A stretch of 64,000 nucleotides of DNA from an uncultured Bacteroides sp. (GCA_964528425.1 CAZGTD010000006.1:7915-71914); one strand, 5' to 3'. Numbered from the stretch's first letter, positions 50,784 through 60,570 are shown. Translations and numbers: made by a program. Notes: generated by a model from the letters alone, not told the origin.

Positions 50784-53033
50784 TCAGAATGATAAATAGG
50801 CCATGGCGGGGATGAAAATAACATCGGGTCCACCCTCTGCTATCAGGGTCCAGTAGCATGAGTGGGAGCCATCGGTCGGATTATTGTAGATGTTAACGTT
50901 GAAGCCTTGGGCGGCGGTGCCGGCATTCATGAACTGGTTATTGCCGGTGTCGTCGGAGTGGATACCATACCAATGTGTGCCTCCGGTGTTGTTGCCGTAG
51001 TGTAGGTTCGAGAATGTAAACGACGAATTTTTCGCACCCGTCTGGTAAGTCCAGCGTCCGGCGGGGGTTTCTTCGGTGGGCGCACCGCGCAGCGAGCCCG
51101 TGGAGTCAGCTTTGCACACTATGGCATAGCGGCCGGGATAGCCCGGAGCTTCCTCGAAGCGGAACCACTGGCGGTCATAGTCAGGATCGGTCTTTTGGGC
51201 TATTCGGTCGGTGGTGGTCAGAGTGCCGTCGGCGGTGAGTTCCCAAACGCGGCCGCCACGGGGCGATTCTGCATTGGAAACCACACGGTACCACACGCCT
51301 TTTTTCGGCATTTCCATCTCGGCGGCTGCTCCGGTTGGTGCAACGTAGCCTTCCATGTGGTAGGGCGAGTATTTGTAGTCGTTGAGGTCGAGCAGGGCGC
51401 GGTCGGCGCTCATGCGCTTCTGGAAAGATTCCCAGTTCTTGCCATCCTCCGGTGTCCAGCCGATTTCGGCAATGGCGAGCAGGCGGGGTAGGGCGAGATA
51501 TTCAAGATATTCGCGATCGGCCACACGCTCGGTCCAGAAGGTGCCCTGAACGCCCTTGCAGAGTTCGGGATGTTCAGCCAGGGCCTTTTCGGTGAAGGGC
51601 ACGGTGGCGTAAACGGTTTTGACGTCGTCGCATTTATATCCGTTGGCCGGCGGGTCGTTGGGGTCTTGCGAGCGGTTTATGTAGAATGAGCCCTTGTTCG
51701 GGCCGCGTTTGCTGATGGGAGTGTAAACTACAGGCAGGCCCATGGATGTTGCCTGGTCGACGGCGGCATCGGGTCCGACCCAGCAGTAGATCAAGGCATC
51801 GGTGGAGCGCACCTTGTCGACGTCGGTTCCTTTGGCGGAGATTGCTTCATTCCAGAAAGCCACGCGGCGGCCTTTGGATTTAACATAGTCGCTGACTTCC
51901 TTGACGAAGTGGCTCTGAAGCTGGCGGGGATGAGTCATGTTGAGCTCTTTGTAGAGGGCTATGCACTCGTCGTTGCCGCCGATAATGTTGCCCTCTTCGT
52001 CGATGCGCACCCAGTTGGTGTCGGGGCATTCGTCGCCGCCAATGTGAATTGTCGTGGCGGGGAAAATATCAATAAGGGCATCGCAGACGTCGCGAACGAA
52101 CTGCATGGCGCCCGGGTTGGCAACGTTAAGCACATCGGCGTAGATACCGCCTGTAGTGGCAACGTTGTGTTCGCCGTCGGGATATGTTGAGAATTCCGGA
52201 TAGGCTGCCATAACGGCCATTGTGTGGCCCGGCATGTCGACTTCAGGAATAACTTCAATATGGTGCTTGGCGGCGTAATCAACGATTTCGCGCAGCTGGT
52301 CCTGGGTGTAGTAGAAGGGACCGTAGGGCTTGTTGAGCCAGTATTCGGTTTTGGTATGGCGGTCAACTATGCGCACGTTATCGGCGGTTGCGCCCACGGT
52401 CTGGAGCTTCGGATAGTTGGGCATTTCAATGCGCCAGCCCTGGTCGTCGGTCAGGTGCCAGTGGAACTTATTCATTTTGTAGTAGCTCATCAGGTCGATT
52501 AAGCGCTTGATTTCGTCAACGTTGAAGAAATGGCGCGACACGTCGAGCATGAACCCGCGATATTCCAGGCGGGGCTCGTCGTTGATGGCCACCACCGGCA
52601 GCTCGTATGCGCCGGTACGGTGAACTCCGGCCATTACGTTGACCGGCAGGAGCTTTTTGATAGTCTGGAATCCGAAATAGAGACCCGCGGGTTTGGAAGC
52701 CGCCAGGGTTATACCCTTTTTGGTCACGTCGAGGCGATAGCCTTCGGGGGCGATTGCCGGGTCAACGGTGACGGTAAGGTTGGCTTTGGCCTTGTTGACG
52801 GTGCGGGCATTGAGTCCGGTGGCGGCGTTGAGGGCCTCGACAAAGCGGGTTGCCTCAACTGCCATCGAATCGGGCAGGTTTTTGACTGCCACGGTCATTT
52901 TTGCCGGGAGTTTATACTGGCCCTCGCCAACGGTCATTTCTTTCGGCGCAGGGGTCAGGTTAATGAACTCGGCAGCCGATATTCCGGCCCAGGCTGTCAG
53001 GGCCATGCATAATGTTGCAATAAACTTTTTCAT
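50784..53033 (-). CDS. GH20 beta-N-acetylhexosaminidase (paralog 2, no T9SS sorting domain)
   Basis: 749 aa with the same GH20 motifs (LEYRGFMLDVSRHFF, HWHLTDDQGWR, IHIGGDECP). The C-terminal lectin-like region contains RQWFRFE. It ends ...IPAMAYLSF with no CTD signature. Confidence 0.85.
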   Translation of the reverse strand: MKKFIATLCMALTAWAGISAAEFINLTPAPKEMTVGEGQYKLPAKMTVAVKNLPDSMAVEATRFVEALNAATGLNARTVNKAKANLTVTVDPAIAPEGYRLDVTKKGITLAASKPAGLYFGFQTIKKLLPVNVMAGVHRTGAYELPVVAINDEPRLEYRGFMLDVSRHFFNVDEIKRLIDLMSYYKMNKFHWHLTDDQGWRIEMPNYPKLQTVGATADNVRIVDRHTKTEYWLNKPYGPFYYTQDQLREIVDYAAKHHIEVIPEVDMPGHTMAVMAAYPEFSTYPDGEHNVATTGGIYADVLNVANPGAMQFVRDVCDALIDIFPATTIHIGGDECPDTNWVRIDEEGNIIGGNDECIALYKELNMTHPRQLQSHFVKEVSDYVKSKGRRVAFWNEAISAKGTDVDKVRSTDALIYCWVGPDAAVDQATSMGLPVVYTPISKRGPNKGSFYINRSQDPNDPPANGYKCDDVKTVYATVPFTEKALAEHPELCKGVQGTFWTERVADREYLEYLALPRLLAIAEIGWTPEDGKNWESFQKRMSADRALLDLNDYKYSPYHMEGYVAPTGAAAEMEMPKKGVWYRVVSNAESPRGGRVWELTADGTLTTTDRIAQKTDPDYDRQWFRFEEAPGYPGRYAIVCKADSTGSLRGAPTEETPAGRWTYQTGAKNSSFTFSNLHYGNNTGGTHWYGIHSDDTGNNQFMNAGTAAQGFNVNIYNNPTDGSHSCYWTLIAEGGPDVIFIPAMAYLSF

Positions 53034-56000
53034 TTAACGAGGGTTTTAACGCCGTTAATAATATAGATTCCGGGGCGGGAAATATAGTTCAGTTTGCGAC
53101 CGTTGAGGTCATAGATGCCTTCGGGTGAGTTCGCGGGGGATGTTGCGATTTCATCGAGGGCCGACTCGGTGGAGTAATCAACCGTTATGGTTTTGTGGCC
53201 GTAGATGCTGTCGAGATTATCGTTGCCGGTAATGTTGGTCAGGAATTTGCCGGGGCGTGAGTTGGCTGCAAACATATAGCTTGCGCCGGCAGCTACAGTA
53301 ACGGTTTTGCGAGCGAATTCCCGGCCGTCGAGCTGCTCGATAACCGTAATGTTATAGTAGGGGTTGAACTCGGCAATGTTGTAAACCTTAATCTGGTGGC
53401 CCGGGCTATCCCAGCCAACAAGGGTCAGGTCTTCGTTGCCGTCCCAGGCGAGATTGGAGCCGCTTTTATCGGTGATTGTCCAGTAGCCGCCCTGGTTGTA
53501 CTTGAAGGCAAACGGATTGGGCGTCTCGCCAACGGTTGCGGTTACGCTTCGTTTGAGCGGCTGAATGTAGAGGCCCGAAGCGGGATTTTGAACGTTGAAA
53601 TTCGAGCCGTTGGCCTCAAGAGTCCATACGAAGGCAGGCGATGCGGGCTGGGCATTGCGCACGCCTCCGACGCCGGAACCGACAACCCCGCGGAATGCAT
53701 GGCGGTCAGTGTGGGTGTCTTCAATGGCGTACCAAGCGCCTTCTTTAACGGCTGAAACCGGTTCGCCAAGCAGGGCGATGCCGCCAAGAGCGTCGGTCGA
53801 GTAGATGAACACCGCCGTGTCGCCGCTGACGGGGCCGTTTTTAACAAATGTCAGGTAGGGACGTTCGGGGGCCACAGGGGCGAATTCCTCACCGGCCGGG
53901 CGGGTTGTCTTAACCGTTTCCCAGCAGCGGCCCTGTTCGTCAACGAGTTTGAAGATGGCGTCGTTGGTTATCCGTTTTACCTGTACGGTTACGTTGGTAT
54001 GGCCGTTTTCGGTGTCGCCTATGGTGTGGGCAACATAGCTAAAGTGCTCGAACGGTATTTCGGCAGGCACTTCGGCGTCAGCGTCGGGCGAGTAGAAGTA
54101 GTAGGTGCCGACTTCGTTTTCACCCTCCATGGCAGTAAGCTTCATGGCCGTTGAAACGAAGTTGAGGGCCCATCCGGCAGCTTGCTGCAGGGGCGCGCCT
54201 TCGCGGGCGTTGACACCATTGGCCTCAACAATCGAGTTCGCGCCGAGAGCAAAGAGGCGTTTGCCGCCTACGCTAATGAAATATTCGTTTTGCCCTTCTG
54301 ATGCGCGGGCCACGCTAACGGTTGCCGCCTTGGAGGCGTCGGCGGTGAAAAGTACGTCGTGGCCGCCATTATTGCCGAAGTGAGCCTCAAAGCCTATGCC
54401 TTGGGTTGTTGAGCGTGCGTTTTCTGACACTCCGGAGATATAAAGTCCGGTTGCACTGTTGCGCAACGTGACAGCTTGAGTATTGTTGGCGGTGTTATAT
54501 TCTCCGGCGGTCAGTTCCCAGCCTGTAGCGCCGGTTACACCGTTGGCAACAGTTTCCAGTTCTCCACTCACAACGGCCAGCGGGCCGCGGTCGGCACTGC
54601 TGGTAAAGGTGTAAACGCCCGATGCCAGCGGCGAGAAGGGAATTCCGGTTTGGGCGGTTTGCGGTTCATAGCCTTCGAGGTGGAAGAGCCACATGCCGCC
54701 GTTGCCGTCGACGGGGTTGTTCCAGTTATTTACCGTTTGCTTCTGGCCGGCCTGGGCGCAGTTGAGATACCAGTCGCTGCCTTTATCGGAGCGGATGGTA
54801 AGGATTGACCCGAGTTCGGAGCTGGCGTATTGATCGCCGAGCACGAAGTTATAGTATTTCTTGGAGTAATCGTAGTTCCACGCGGCCGATACGCTTGAGC
54901 CTTGCATTGCCGGATTAACCGAGCCGTCGGGTGCCGTGCGGTTAACCATAGCGTATTTTCCGGAGCCGTCGGGGTCGGCTTCGAAAGTCCAGTACTGATA
55001 GTCATAGTCGGCGGCGCCTTCGGCAGCTTGAACGTTGGTCCACAGGCGGCCTGCAGTCGCGCTTTTTTCGGCAATCAGCGGGCATCCGTCGTGAACGAGC
55101 TCTATGCAGCGGTCTTTGCGTGCGGCATCTTGGGAGGCCTGGGTTATCAACCGATAGAATTTTCCGGCTTCGGGCATCATGTCGGCATTGCGGTTGCTGG
55201 CGTAGTGGCGGCCATAGGTGTAGTTGCCCAGGTCAAGCAGTTTGGTGTCGAGGTTAAAACGGTTTTTAAAGTCGTTGAAGTTCTTTTTCGATTGGGGTGA
55301 CCAGCCGGTTTCGGCAACTGCTATCATGCGGGGCAGGGCATTGTATTCCAGGTGTTTTGGCTCGGAAATATATTCTGTCCAGAGATTGCAGTTAACGCCG
55401 TAGTAGAGTTCCTTTTTCGAAGCTTCGTAGTCGGGGGTGGCGTTATAGACGGTTTCCAGAGTGATGGGATAGCCCATGGCAACCGGTTCATCGGAGCCGC
55501 CCCATTGAGCGTAGTCGAGGTAGTAGTGGCTGGTCGAGCACCACACGGAGCGAAGGCCGAGGTCGGCTGCCTGTTTCGACGGGTTATTTGCCGCTCCGGC
55601 GTTGAGCCAGGCATAGATAAGAATGTCGGCATCCTTGGCCAGCTGCTTATCGGCGCCGGCGGTTGTTATGATTTCGTTCCAGCAAATGAGCTTGCGGTTA
55701 TCTTTTTTAGCGTATTCGGCGAGTTCCTTAACCATCCAGTTCTGGATTGCGCGGTCGGACGATAGGCCGTATTCTTTTTTAAATGCCTGACAGGCGGGAG
55801 ATTTTTCCCAGGCGGAAGTGGGGCATTCGTCGCCACCGATATGGATGTATTCGTAGGGGAAGATGTCGGCCAGATAGTCGATAACATCCTTGAGGAACTG
55901 CATTACCGCAGGATTGGAAATATCGAGAATGTCGGATGAAACGCCGGGCCAGTAGCGGACGGGGTGTTCGCTCTCTGGGGTGGTTGAGAATTCCGGATAC

Positions 56001-56818
56001 GCGGCGATTGCGCATTGCATATGGCCGGGCATGTCGACTTCGGGGCATACTTCAATATGGCGTTCCTTGGCGTAGTCAACAATTTCGCGTAACTGGTCAA
56101 CAGTGTAGTAATAAGGGCCGTAGAGCTCGTTGGTCAGGTATTTGGCGTGGTTGTCGAAGTCCCACCAGTAGGAGTTTTTAGCTGCGGCAACTTCTGTTGT
56201 CAGTTTCGGATATTTTGGCATTTCCATGCGCCAGCCCTGGTCGTCGGTCAGGTGCCAGTGCAGGCGGTTCATTTTGTAAACCGCCATGATGTCGATCATT
56301 TTTTTGATTTCATCAACGTCGAAGAAATGGCGGGCCACGTCGATTTCCAGGCCGCGCCACGGGTAGCGCGGCTCATCGTTGATTGTCAATGCCGGAAGCG
56401 AGTAGGGGCCGGGGGCATACTTGCCGAGAATTACATTTGCCGGCATGATTTTCATGATGGTCTGGAATGCGTAGTAGAGGCCGGCGGGAGTTTTTGCCTC
56501 GATATTGACGCCATCGGCGGTAACGGTCAGTTTATAGCCTTCGTCGGCCAGCGCGGAATTGCTGCTTACGTTTATGAGGCCATTGGAGCCTTCGTTGACC
56601 TTAATGCCGGTAGCTGTTGAAAAAGTTTTGGCAAATTTGGTTATTTCTGCCTGCATCGATGCCGGAAGGCTGTTGCCGCTAACGGTTACGGTTTCAGGAA
56701 AAACGAGCTCGCCCGACCCCATGGTTATTTGTTTCGGCTGGGGAGTGAGGTTCACTGTGGAGGCTGCCGACGCCGAGAATGCCATTACCGCAGCAATGGC
56801 CAGAAGTTTGAATTTCAT
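53030..56818 (-). CDS. GH20 beta-N-acetylhexosaminidase with accessory modules and T9SS sorting domain (paralog 3)
   Basis: 1262 aa with the motifs YPWRGLEIDVARHFF, LHWHLTDDQGWR and IHIGGDECP. The C-terminus is ...IYDLNGRKLNYISRPGIYIINGVKTLVK. Confidence 0.85.
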   Translation of the reverse strand: MKFKLLAIAAVMAFSASAASTVNLTPQPKQITMGSGELVFPETVTVSGNSLPASMQAEITKFAKTFSTATGIKVNEGSNGLINVSSNSALADEGYKLTVTADGVNIEAKTPAGLYYAFQTIMKIMPANVILGKYAPGPYSLPALTINDEPRYPWRGLEIDVARHFFDVDEIKKMIDIMAVYKMNRLHWHLTDDQGWRMEMPKYPKLTTEVAAAKNSYWWDFDNHAKYLTNELYGPYYYTVDQLREIVDYAKERHIEVCPEVDMPGHMQCAIAAYPEFSTTPESEHPVRYWPGVSSDILDISNPAVMQFLKDVIDYLADIFPYEYIHIGGDECPTSAWEKSPACQAFKKEYGLSSDRAIQNWMVKELAEYAKKDNRKLICWNEIITTAGADKQLAKDADILIYAWLNAGAANNPSKQAADLGLRSVWCSTSHYYLDYAQWGGSDEPVAMGYPITLETVYNATPDYEASKKELYYGVNCNLWTEYISEPKHLEYNALPRMIAVAETGWSPQSKKNFNDFKNRFNLDTKLLDLGNYTYGRHYASNRNADMMPEAGKFYRLITQASQDAARKDRCIELVHDGCPLIAEKSATAGRLWTNVQAAEGAADYDYQYWTFEADPDGSGKYAMVNRTAPDGSVNPAMQGSSVSAAWNYDYSKKYYNFVLGDQYASSELGSILTIRSDKGSDWYLNCAQAGQKQTVNNWNNPVDGNGGMWLFHLEGYEPQTAQTGIPFSPLASGVYTFTSSADRGPLAVVSGELETVANGVTGATGWELTAGEYNTANNTQAVTLRNSATGLYISGVSENARSTTQGIGFEAHFGNNGGHDVLFTADASKAATVSVARASEGQNEYFISVGGKRLFALGANSIVEANGVNAREGAPLQQAAGWALNFVSTAMKLTAMEGENEVGTYYFYSPDADAEVPAEIPFEHFSYVAHTIGDTENGHTNVTVQVKRITNDAIFKLVDEQGRCWETVKTTRPAGEEFAPVAPERPYLTFVKNGPVSGDTAVFIYSTDALGGIALLGEPVSAVKEGAWYAIEDTHTDRHAFRGVVGSGVGGVRNAQPASPAFVWTLEANGSNFNVQNPASGLYIQPLKRSVTATVGETPNPFAFKYNQGGYWTITDKSGSNLAWDGNEDLTLVGWDSPGHQIKVYNIAEFNPYYNITVIEQLDGREFARKTVTVAAGASYMFAANSRPGKFLTNITGNDNLDSIYGHKTITVDYSTESALDEIATSPANSPEGIYDLNGRKLNYISRPGIYIINGVKTLVK

Positions 56819-56839
56819 GATATTGATTGGTTGAGGAGG

Positions 56840-57502
56840 TTATTTGAGGATTACCTTGCCGGTTTGATTGCCGCAGCGGTAAACGTAGACCCCGGCGGGA
56901 ATGTTGCCCAGATAGATGTTGCCGCCGGTCGACAGAACGCGGTTATAAACCTGGCGGCCGCTGATGTTATAAAGCGTGAATGCTTCGGCAGAGTTGAGGC
57001 TATAGCTGAGGTTGCGGCCCGAGAAGCGCAGACTTCCGGAAGGTACCTTAACGGCGTTGATGGCGCCGGTTTCGGTTGTTAGGAAGTTAACCGTGAATGA
57101 AACTGTTTCATCGCCGTCGGTAACGGTAACATCAACTACTACGGGCTGAGCGATTTTTTCATACAGTTCCATGTCAATCTGAATCAACACCGTGCGACCG
57201 GCGGAATACTCTTTAGAGCGGGTAAAGGGCGCCGCAGTCAGCATTTCGCATTGCTCCGAAAGTCCGCAGAATTTTACCACATCTGGCACCGACGCGGAAG
57301 CGGTTACAGAATAGGTTCCCGACTTGTTGGTCTGCAACTTGAGTTCGGGGTCCCAGATGAATTCCCCATCGTCTTCAATGTAGCCGCAGTTTATGGTGGC
57401 GCCGTTTGCAACCGGGCCTTGCGAGCTGCTGACCGTGAAGTTCTGGGCGGAAGCCAGCAGGGCTCCGCAGAACATCATGATTGATGTAAAAAATAGTTTC
57501 AT
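56840..57502 (-). CDS. Small secreted protein with T9SS C-terminal sorting domain
   Basis: 220 aa with a signal peptide. The C-terminus is ...FTLYNISGRQVYNRVLSTGGNIYLGNIPAGVYVYRCGNQTGKVILK. Confidence 0.65.
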   Translation of the reverse strand: MKLFFTSIMMFCGALLASAQNFTVSSSQGPVANGATINCGYIEDDGEFIWDPELKLQTNKSGTYSVTASASVPDVVKFCGLSEQCEMLTAAPFTRSKEYSAGRTVLIQIDMELYEKIAQPVVVDVTVTDGDETVSFTVNFLTTETGAINAVKVPSGSLRFSGRNLSYSLNSAEAFTLYNISGRQVYNRVLSTGGNIYLGNIPAGVYVYRCGNQTGKVILK

Positions 57503-57518
57503 AAGCGCTTATGATTGT

Positions 57519-58328
57519 TTAGTTATTGATTATCAGGTGGTTTTGGCTGGCATTGAGAACTCCTTCCGCATCGGTTTCAACAAAGGCCACTACGCGGAGG
57601 TTTTCGGCCTTCCAATCGGGGTTGAGGGCGAAGGAATATGAAAACTCGCGCGCGGAATTACGCTGCAAAGGAAAGTCTTTGCCGTTGACGCCGTTGACGC
57701 ATGCGCGGAACACGTTTTTGTGAACGTAGTTTTTGTCGCGGCTGCCGTCGCTGAGGTTTTGGGTCTTCACAATATTATCTTCTACAATCCAAACGTGGAG
57801 GGTGGCGTCGGGAAAGTTTTGCGAAGATTCAACGCGACCGGTTATTTTGATTGAGGTGCCGTTGAGTTCGGCCAGAATGCTGGGGCTGAATTTAACGTCG
57901 GGCTCAATGTAGATTTCATCGATAATATGCTTAGCCCATTGGTCGCGGTTCAGGATTCCCGAGCAGCGGTTGATGGTTGCCTGCGGGGGCGATACGCTTT
58001 GAGGGGCAATCGTGTAGGCCTCGGGAGCTATCAGGCCACCCTTTTCGGCATCCTGGCCCCAGTTGGGAATGTGGATACCAACAACTATCACCCCGACTCC
58101 GAGTTCGAGGTTGCGGTCGGTGTTGATAACCTCTTCGATGTCTTCAAGGACTCTGTGGCCCTGAGGACAGTTGACGCATTTAACGCCGGTGTATTCCTCA
58201 ACAAGAACCGCTCTTTTGGCATCAGGCAGCTCTGTTTGGGTATAACGGCGGTCGGAGGGTATGGATTCTTCGCAACCAACAAGCAGCAGAGTGGCCAGCG
58301 AAGCAGTCAGCAGTTTAAGTTTATTCAT
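57519..58328 (-). CDS. Omp28-related outer-membrane lipoprotein (thioredoxin-like fold, CXXC)
   Basis: 269 aa with the lipobox LLLVGC. It carries VLVEEYTGVKCVNCPQGH, as in the Omp28 family. Confidence 0.65.
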   Translation of the reverse strand: MNKLKLLTASLATLLLVGCEESIPSDRRYTQTELPDAKRAVLVEEYTGVKCVNCPQGHRVLEDIEEVINTDRNLELGVGVIVVGIHIPNWGQDAEKGGLIAPEAYTIAPQSVSPPQATINRCSGILNRDQWAKHIIDEIYIEPDVKFSPSILAELNGTSIKITGRVESSQNFPDATLHVWIVEDNIVKTQNLSDGSRDKNYVHKNVFRACVNGVNGKDFPLQRNSAREFSYSFALNPDWKAENLRVVAFVETDAEGVLNASQNHLIINN

Positions 58329-58343
58329 AGGGAGAGAGTGTTG

Positions 58344-60017
58344 TTAGAAGTTATAGTTATAAACGAGCTGGAAGCCGCGGGTGGCGGGCATAAAGCGGCA
58401 AACGCCGCCTGAGCAGTTAAAGCCTTCGCGGGTGCGGCCGTAGCCGAGCATCAGGCGGTTGTTGCGGTAGTTGCCCGTAAGAGTAAACATATAGTAATGG
58501 TCGCGGTTCGGAATATTCCATTGGTCAGACGCCGAAATCATCAGGTAGGGCAAAATGGAAACCTCGGCCAGTCCGTAGAGCCAGTCGCCTTTATCTTGCT
58601 TTGTTGCCAGATACTGGAGCTCGCCGCGCAGGGTGACTACGTCAGAGCATTTGCCTTTTGCCTCCAAAACGGCGATGTGGGCGTTGATTGTGCCCCCTTC
58701 ACCTTCGATGGCTGTTTTGTTGTAGCGTTCGAACATATACATTACGTTCATCGAGAACCGACGCGAAAACTTTTGATTCCACTGAAGGTTAAAGTCCTGA
58801 TAGTAGAGCGGGCCGGTGCCGAAAAATGAGGTTTTAACGGCGTCTTTGCCATACATCGAGTCATCGGTTTTCTGCCAGTCGCCTTCGCGTTTGATTCCTC
58901 GGATGTAGCTGAGATTCAGAGTCAACTTCGTGCGGCGTTTGACGTTTAGCGCAAAATTGCCCTGAAAGGCCCATTCGCCCGGGGCATATTGAGTTGCGTA
59001 GGGATACATCGACGCCAGGGCGTAGGTGTGTTGATACGCAAACGGGGGCAGGTAGTTGATAAACGAGGTTATGTCGGTCATTTGGCGGCGCGACCGGTAG
59101 CTCATGTCTTCGGAACGTTTTGCCTGCACCTGGGCCGAGAGGCCGCGTTTTGAGTAGGTTGCCGATAGAAGCAGCGCGGTTCCGCGGCTGAATGTGTAGT
59201 TGTTGTCGGCCGACGGGTCGGGGTGTTTGAGTGCGAATTCGGCGAGCACGTCAACGTTTCCTTTATAGAAGTGGGTTCGGATGTCGAAAGCGTTCACCCG
59301 CTGCGGCAGGTTCAGATTTTTAAAAACCGGTATGCCGTTGATAACTTCAGGTATAGGCACCATAATGCTGTCCTCATGGGCGGTGTAGCGCTCATGTTTC
59401 ATCACCCACGATGCCCCGATCATCCAGCTGATGCCGTGGGCTGCGAGCGGTTCGATGTGTTCCTGGAGTTCCCATTCGAGGTCGGCGCCATAAACGCGCG
59501 ATTTCGTGGTCCAGTCCCAGTAGCGGCGCTGCAGGCCGCCGAGAACCGTCAGGTGGAAGCCTTTCAGGGCATCGATGCGCAGACGGCCTCCGCGAATGGC
59601 GTTGTCGATGCCGAGGGCGCGGTCCTCGTAGGTGCGCAGAATCATTCCGGTTCCGAATTGCTCATAGATGTCGCCGGCGGTAAGCTGGAAGCCTTTGTAT
59701 TTCCCGGTTGCGTAGAAGTTGCCGATACCCCAGCCCTTGAATCCCGGCGAGCTGTAGAAAGCGGGCAACGGGTGATCAAGATATTCGACGCGCAGTCCGG
59801 CGTCGACATATTTGCTGAATAGTCCGACGTTGGCATACACATTGCCAAGCAATTTTTCGCGATAGCGGGTTGAGCCCTCGGCTTCAGGAAAGAGGGCGTC
59901 GACTTGCACGGAGCCGTGGGCCGTTACCTGTCGGTCGGGGTTGCTTGGCGAGCCGAAGTCGAGAGCAAGGGCGCTCAGTGGCAGCGCCATAGCCAGCAGG
60001 ACGAGTAGGTTTTTCAC
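58344..60017 (-). CDS. Outer-membrane beta-barrel protein of unknown function (possibly DUF6029-like)
   Basis: 557 aa with a signal peptide, an alternating amphipathic strand pattern and the terminal ...FQLVYNYNF. The family name comes from memory only. Confidence 0.5.
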   Translation of the reverse strand: MKNLLVLLAMALPLSALALDFGSPSNPDRQVTAHGSVQVDALFPEAEGSTRYREKLLGNVYANVGLFSKYVDAGLRVEYLDHPLPAFYSSPGFKGWGIGNFYATGKYKGFQLTAGDIYEQFGTGMILRTYEDRALGIDNAIRGGRLRIDALKGFHLTVLGGLQRRYWDWTTKSRVYGADLEWELQEHIEPLAAHGISWMIGASWVMKHERYTAHEDSIMVPIPEVINGIPVFKNLNLPQRVNAFDIRTHFYKGNVDVLAEFALKHPDPSADNNYTFSRGTALLLSATYSKRGLSAQVQAKRSEDMSYRSRRQMTDITSFINYLPPFAYQHTYALASMYPYATQYAPGEWAFQGNFALNVKRRTKLTLNLSYIRGIKREGDWQKTDDSMYGKDAVKTSFFGTGPLYYQDFNLQWNQKFSRRFSMNVMYMFERYNKTAIEGEGGTINAHIAVLEAKGKCSDVVTLRGELQYLATKQDKGDWLYGLAEVSILPYLMISASDQWNIPNRDHYYMFTLTGNYRNNRLMLGYGRTREGFNCSGGVCRFMPATRGFQLVYNYNF

Positions 60018-60535
60018 TTTTTCTTTTTCGTTGCAGGCTTTTTGGCGGCGGTTATTTCACGAAGTTTTTTTATGATGTGGCGCTCGGAGCCGTCGGTGTA
60101 GCCGCTGCGGCTTTCAACAATTTTGCCGTTACCGTCAATAATCAACAGATGGGGAATGTTTTGAATTCCAAGAGCGCGTTTGAAATCGCCGTTGGGGTCG
60201 AGAAGAATTTCGTAGTCCCAGTTATTGGTGTTGACAATGTTGCGGACGTTGGTGGTTTTATCTGCTTCGTCGATTGAAATGGCAACCAGTTTGACTCCGG
60301 TTTCATCGCGCCAGTCGTCGTAGTATTCGTTAATGGCATTAAGTTCGCGCAGACAGGGCTTGCACCATCCGGCAAAAAAGCTTATAATCATGGGCTTTCC
60401 ACCGTTTGAGAGGGTAGCGGTGTCAACCACCTTGCCTTTCATGGTTTTGAGTTGGGCCGATGGGAGCGCCGCAGAAGCCAAATGCGCTGAAAACGCGACA
60501 AACAAAGCGATAATAATTGATTTTAAAGCGTTCAT
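60014..60535 (-). CDS. TlpA-family thiol:disulfide oxidoreductase
   Basis: 173 aa from the ATG at 60535 (MNALKSIIIALFV...). The active site is FFAGWCKPCLRE. The ORF-track start at 60565 overlaps the -7 box, which begins at 60563, so it is rejected. Confidence 0.8.
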   Translation of the reverse strand: MNALKSIIIALFVAFSAHLASAALPSAQLKTMKGKVVDTATLSNGGKPMIISFFAGWCKPCLRELNAINEYYDDWRDETGVKLVAISIDEADKTTNVRNIVNTNNWDYEILLDPNGDFKRALGIQNIPHLLIIDGNGKIVESRSGYTDGSERHIIKKLREITAAKKPATKKKK

Positions 60536-60562
60536 TTTCCTAAATTTCGATAATATTCCACG

Positions 60563-60570
60563 CAAATTTA
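60563..60570 (-). promoter_or_regulatory. -7 promoter box (TAAATTTG on the minus strand)
   Basis: CAAATTTA on the plus strand, 27 nt upstream of the ATG at 60535. It is the only recognisable promoter for the 15-kb minus-strand array. Confidence 0.55.
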
